A stretch of 64,000 nt of DNA from NCBI GenBank assembly GCA_024233835.1, contig JACKPC010000001.1:1477442-1541441 (forward strand), read 5' to 3'. The translations under genes and the position numbers were made by a program. Shown here one piece after another: positions 59,739-64,000 of this stretch; position 1 is the stretch's first letter; each line of letters opens with the position of its first letter. The notes beneath the pieces are model-generated. The model did not search any database, was not told the origin of the DNA, and was given only the letters and a program-made list of their open reading frames with translations. The DNA comes from Leptospiraceae bacterium. GTDB lineage: Bacteria; Spirochaetota; Leptospiria; Leptospirales; Leptospiraceae.

Positions 59739-60881
59739 ACTTTAAAGTTCAGCCTTATGCTTTTTCTAAGTATAGGCATCACCCTTTCCAATTGTAAAAA
59801 CGACGAACAGGATAAAAAAGACAAAGAAACACTCAGTGCTGCTTTCCTTCTTTTACAAAACCAGGCTACGTTCCTTGAAATCAATGGTAAGTTAAGCGAT
59901 ACTTCCGGTACTGCCTTATCCACACACAAACTGGTTTTAAGTACAAATGTTTCTTCTCGGATCGAGAATCCAAGTTTTTCTACACAGGGAACATCTTATA
60001 CAAGCGATACCTCGGGATATTTTAGCATTCAATTATCTGCTGGTTCCTACAAGATACGGGTATATAACTCCTCAGATACAGAAGTAGGCTCTTTCACTCT
60101 AAATGTAAATAGTGCTTCCGATAAACCGAAACCGGAAAATCTGAGTGGTTTAAAAGTGAGCATCATCCGAATTGGCTCTGCTTTCAACAAAGCAAGTGGT
60201 TTTACAGGTCTTAGTGGCTATACCTGGTTAAGTAATTTCGGAGGATTTAACAAGATCACCACGAAAAATTGGGGCTTATCCACTATAGAAGAAATCGATT
60301 CGAATAACAATGTTGTATACATAAAAGATACAACTGAAACTGCTTATGTAGCCGGCTATTCGAGAATTCGCTTTACTTCGGTGGATACCTACGGTAACTT
60401 CCGTTATTGCATCGAGACCTACGGGAAGCAAAGTTTAGAAGAGGCAAAAGCGGTGAATACCAGTTATACCTTTTCTTCCGATACAACAGCTAACTGCGGA
60501 GGCTTTAGCTGGTCGATTATGTCCCTGGCTCCGGAATACATGCAGGTAGATATCAGCATAGCCGGAACCGGAACCGACAACTACGGGCAGGTCTGGAAGT
60601 TACTGGGAGATAAGTATTCCGGAAATGCTATATATGAATTCAATAATAATTCCGGAGTTTTCTATTACCAGAATGCTTACAACGCTACTTATAATCCGAA
60701 TAAATTTGGAAGAATACGCTATACAAAACCTGCAAATAAAGTATTTTATTACTGTATAGAAATTTACGATGGAATAAGTCTTGAGGCTGTTCAATCCGAT
60801 ACAACAAAAGTCTATACCTTCGAAAGTGAAAGTTCCAAAACCTGCGGAGGCTTTACTTGGAGTAAGGTAAGTTTAAACTGA
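59739..60881 (+). CDS. Lipoprotein with an internally duplicated Cys-containing ~50-aa module; first gene of the riboswitch-controlled operon
   Basis: Lipobox LSNC. Duplicated segments (YCIETYGKQSLEEAKAVNTSYTFSSDTTANCGGFSWS and YYCIEIYDGISLEAVQSDTTKVYTFESESSKTCGGFTWS). GGAG RBS 8 nt before the ATG at 59739; the upstream ATG at 59721 is less likely. Confidence 0.7.
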   Translation, partial: TLKFSLMLFLSIGITLSNCKNDEQDKKDKETLSAAFLLLQNQATFLEINGKLSDTSGTALSTHKLVLSTNVSSRIENPSFSTQGTSYTSDTSGYFSIQLSAGSYKIRVYNSSDTEVGSFTLNVNSASDKPKPENLSGLKVSIIRIGSAFNKASGFTGLSGYTWLSNFGGFNKITTKNWGLSTIEEIDSNNNVVYIKDTTETAYVAGYSRIRFTSVDTYGNFRYCIETYGKQSLEEAKAVNTSYTFSSDTTANCGGFSWSIMSLAPEYMQVDISIAGTGTDNYGQVWKLLGDKYSGNAIYEFNNNSGVFYYQNAYNATYNPNKFGRIRYTKPANKVFYYCIEIYDGISLEAVQSDTTKVYTFESESSKTCGGFTWSKVSLN

Positions 60882-60890
60882 GGATAGAAC

Positions 60891-61769
60891 ATGAGAGTTT
60901 TGTTTATCATTTTTTTTATCAGTATTTGCAGTTTTTGTAATACAAAAAAAACTACTTCAGAGAAACAAAGTCTACTGATTCCTATATTACAAAATGCGAA
61001 TCTTTCCAATCCGAACTCGCAGGTTAACAATGATAATTCGGAATGTCCTCCTGCTCGCTTACCGGAAAATATATTCCTGGCTGATACGGTTGTATCAGCT
61101 CCGGCAGCAAGAGATGCAGATTTTCGCAGGTCATCTAAAGCTGTAAACGGTATTTGCGGAGGAGGAGAAACCTCCGGTTCTACGGACGTCTTCACCCTTG
61201 ACACAAGCGGAGAGGGGGCCAGTATCATCCTTGCCTGGAACAATAAAAAAGTTTTAAATACAAAAGGAACAGACTTCATTGTTTTTGAAAATCCTTTTAA
61301 ATACGGGGATGAAAACACCTATTTTATGGAACCCTTGCTGGTTGAAGTTAGCCGCGATATGATTCACTGGTGTGGGTTTTTACCTGCTTATGCAGGGAAG
61401 GATGGAAACCAGGAGAGCTATAATACCGATAGGTCAGCCTGGACGAATTTTGCCGGAATTCAACCTGTGTTCTATAACATGGGTACAAATAATCTTTCAT
61501 TAGAAGATTTATTCATCCCTTCAAAGTCCGGTGGTGATCATTTTGATCTGGATGATTTATACTCCGGAAATAATTCGGCTATAGGGCAAGATTGCACTCT
61601 GCTTGAAGTAAAAACCATACAGGAAGAAGGTTTTCTCTATATTCGCTTAACGTCTGCATCAGCTCGAATCAACCCCCTTACACAAAAATATTTTCCTTCT
61701 GACCAGAGTGCTTTTGGAACAGGTCCGGATATAGATGGAGTTATTGCCAGAACCCTGGGAACTCGCTAA
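60891..61769 (+). CDS. Secreted protein or lipoprotein, hypothetical
   Basis: N-terminal hydrophobic signal with Cys (ICSFCN), Gly/Asn-rich body; second gene of the operon. Confidence 0.55.
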   Translation: MRVLFIIFFISICSFCNTKKTTSEKQSLLIPILQNANLSNPNSQVNNDNSECPPARLPENIFLADTVVSAPAARDADFRRSSKAVNGICGGGETSGSTDVFTLDTSGEGASIILAWNNKKVLNTKGTDFIVFENPFKYGDENTYFMEPLLVEVSRDMIHWCGFLPAYAGKDGNQESYNTDRSAWTNFAGIQPVFYNMGTNNLSLEDLFIPSKSGGDHFDLDDLYSGNNSAIGQDCTLLEVKTIQEEGFLYIRLTSASARINPLTQKYFPSDQSAFGTGPDIDGVIARTLGTR

Positions 61770-62901
61770 CTTGAAATTTCTGTTCCTTCTCTGCCTCTTT
61801 TTCTTTTCCTGTAAAGAAAAAGCAGTCTCTGAGGATAAAAGTATATTCTATAACCCTAATTCTTTGATATCTCATTCCAAAAGGTTGCAAATTCAAAAAT
61901 ATGAGGACTATACGATTCTTCGAGTAAAACCTTTTCAAAATGAAGATCTTACTGAAACCTATATTTTAGTAGATAAGGATAAACCCAATCCTCCGGACTC
62001 CATTCCTCGCACACATATAATCAGGACTCCCGTCAAAAGGGTAATTTGTTTATCAGCTACACATGCCGGGATCATTAGTTTTTTAGGAGAAGAAGAAACT
62101 CTTGTCGGTCTTTCCGATCCGGAAATCATTTATGATTTAAAAATTAAAGACCATATTCAAAACACAAGGATACCGAAAGTAGGTTTTCCAAACAATCTTA
62201 ATATAGAGTTAATCCTTTCTTTAAAGCCTGATATGCTTATGGTTTCCGGATTTTCTGTAGCAGAAAGTCGTGTATATGATGTATTAAGAGAGTCTAACAT
62301 ACCGGTTATTCAAAATGCAGACTGGCTGGAAGATACTCCTCTTGGTAGAGCCGAATGGATTAAATTTGTTTCTCATTTTTATCAAAAATACCACATGGCT
62401 TCTGTTCAATTTGAATATATTAAAGATCAATATAATTTACTGGTCCAAAAAGTATCCTCTGTAACTGATAAACCCGGAGTTATACACTCTCTTCCTTATA
62501 AGGGAGTCTGGTATATGCCGGGAGGCAATAGCTATATGGCAAAATTTTATAAAGATGCAGGAGTTAATTATTACTGGTCTTTTACAAAAGAAAGAGGAAG
62601 TATTCCAATGGATTTTGAAACCGTCTATCCGAGAGGTCTTAGTTCCGAATTTTGGTTGGCTCCGGGTATCGTAAAAACTCGTACAGAGCTTGCACAAATA
62701 GATAAACGTTTTCAGGATTTCCTTTCCTATAAAACCGGAAGAATTTACAATTATAACAAACTTACAAACCAAAATGGAGGAAATGCATACTGGGAAAGAG
62801 GTATGATAAACCCTCATGAAATTTTATCTGATCTTATTAAAATATTTCATCCCGACTTACTTCCGGATCATCAACTGATATATTTCGATAAAGTAAAATG
62901 A
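61735..62901 (+). CDS. ABC-transporter periplasmic binding protein, Peripla_BP_2 (BtuF/FecB-like)
   Basis: Characteristic RVICLSATHAGIISFLGEEETLVGLSD segment; overlaps neighbours on both sides. Confidence 0.75.
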   Translation: MELLPEPWELANLKFLFLLCLFFFSCKEKAVSEDKSIFYNPNSLISHSKRLQIQKYEDYTILRVKPFQNEDLTETYILVDKDKPNPPDSIPRTHIIRTPVKRVICLSATHAGIISFLGEEETLVGLSDPEIIYDLKIKDHIQNTRIPKVGFPNNLNIELILSLKPDMLMVSGFSVAESRVYDVLRESNIPVIQNADWLEDTPLGRAEWIKFVSHFYQKYHMASVQFEYIKDQYNLLVQKVSSVTDKPGVIHSLPYKGVWYMPGGNSYMAKFYKDAGVNYYWSFTKERGSIPMDFETVYPRGLSSEFWLAPGIVKTRTELAQIDKRFQDFLSYKTGRIYNYNKLTNQNGGNAYWERGMINPHEILSDLIKIFHPDLLPDHQLIYFDKVK

Positions 62902-63935
62902 TTATAGATTTGCAACATAGAAGCTGGTTACTTATTTTTATTTTTTTAAGTATCTTTTTGTATTTAGCAGCAGTTATATGGGGTTCTGTTTACATATCTC
63001 CTTCTGAAATTTTAAATATTCTCCTGGGTAAATCTACAGACATTTCGAATACAGGAATTATTTTTAAAGTTCGAATACCGGAAGCAACCACAGCAGCTTT
63101 TGCAGGGGCCGGTCTTTCTGTTGCCGGTCTTCTCATGCAAACTCTGTTTCGAAACCCTCTGGCCGGTCCCTCGATTCTCGGCATTAGCTCCGGAGCCAGT
63201 CTCGGTGTAGCCTTTTTTTTATTATATATGGGTGGAAGTATACAAAATCTCAGTAAAGGTTTTTTAACTTTAAATAGAGGTGTCCCCCTTGTTTTCTTTG
63301 CTACAGCCGGCGCCATAGGTATATCTTTAGTACTTTTAGCATTTTCCAGCATAGTCAAAGATAATGTTGTATTACTCATTATAGGTATTCTAATTTCGAA
63401 TCTAACCCTATCCCTTGTGAGTATCTGGCAATCTTTCAGTAATCCGGAGGCCATTCAGGATTATCTGATGTGGACATTTGGTAGTCTGGGTTCCTGCCGG
63501 GAATTAAGTCTATTCATACTCTGTGCTATCATCATATTTGGACTATTTTTAAGTTTCTTAATTTTTAAACCCTTAAATTCTCTACTTTTGGGTGAAGACT
63601 ATTCTGCGAGCCTCGGAGTAAATATAGCTTTTCTGCGAATAGGCATACTCTTTATAACCGCTCTCTTGACCGGAAGCATCACCGCATTTTGCGGCCCCAT
63701 TGCTTTTGTTGGAATGATTTCTCCGCATATAGTAAAAACACTGTTTTCCAGTTCGGATCATAAACTGGTAATTCCGGGTAGTATTTTTTGTGGTGCTGCT
63801 ATATTGTTACTCTGCGATATAGCTTCCAGGCTTCCAGGTTCTTATATGGTTCTTCCCATCAACTCAGTTACGGCACTTTTCTCTGCTCCTATCTTAATTT
63901 TTGTGCTCCTGAAAAAAAAGAGGTTTCGTATATGA
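62898..63935 (+). CDS. btuC: FecCD-family ABC permease (BtuC-like)
   Basis: ~10-TM FecCD topology, conserved Gly-rich TM motifs, 345 aa. Confidence 0.85.
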   Translation: MIIDLQHRSWLLIFIFLSIFLYLAAVIWGSVYISPSEILNILLGKSTDISNTGIIFKVRIPEATTAAFAGAGLSVAGLLMQTLFRNPLAGPSILGISSGASLGVAFFLLYMGGSIQNLSKGFLTLNRGVPLVFFATAGAIGISLVLLAFSSIVKDNVVLLIIGILISNLTLSLVSIWQSFSNPEAIQDYLMWTFGSLGSCRELSLFILCAIIIFGLFLSFLIFKPLNSLLLGEDYSASLGVNIAFLRIGILFITALLTGSITAFCGPIAFVGMISPHIVKTLFSSSDHKLVIPGSIFCGAAILLLCDIASRLPGSYMVLPINSVTALFSAPILIFVLLKKKRFRI

Positions 63936-64000
63936 GTATATGTTATACAAAGAAAATATTAAAAACCATCTCTTTAAATATTGGCTATAAACCTTCCAGA
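63933..64000 (+). CDS. Probable ABC ATPase (BtuD/FecE-like), 5' fragment truncated by the window edge
   Basis: ATG overlaps the permease stop; ...KKILKTISLNI... resembles the ATPase N-terminal beta-strand. Only 23 codons are visible. Confidence 0.3.

Noticed and set aside
60812-61318. 168-aa minus-strand ORF
   Set aside because: Antisense to the two riboswitch-controlled secreted-protein genes, which have signal peptides and operon coupling; shadow ORF.

Overview
The window reads as a low-GC (~38-40%), spirochete-like (Leptospira-like) chromosomal segment; the organism call rests only on lipobox style, the adenylate-cyclase/MCP/cNMP-binding content and codon usage. Content in order: (1) a 22-bp tandem repeat array at the left edge that runs into an ankyrin-repeat gene remnant; (2) a reduced division/cell-wall cluster on the minus strand (ftsL-murE-mraY-ftsW-murG-murC); (3) an oxoacid:ferredoxin oxidoreductase cluster (an unusually long 1522-aa PFOR-like protein, Mtb-type KorA/KorB, and a 593-aa protein with a C-terminal ferredoxin domain); (4) a Type I restriction-modification operon hsdR-hsdM-[truncated rhuM]-[IS200/RAYT-like tnpA]-hsdS in which all genes overlap, with a 63-bp direct-plus-inverted repeat inside tnpA and a compositionally mosaic hsdS; (5) a cNMP-binding protein followed by an AlkA-like glycosylase with no canonical start codon; (6) a full-length bacterial homolog of the eukaryotic major vault protein (MVP); (7) housekeeping and signalling genes (nadE, radC, lepB, cytochrome c peroxidase, hybrid histidine kinase, MCP, adenylate cyclase, MacAB-TolC efflux, Fe-ADH, M32 carboxypeptidase); (8) a cobalamin riboswitch in front of a lipoprotein + BtuF/BtuC-like ABC uptake operon at the right edge. 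No tRNA, rRNA or CRISPR was detected.
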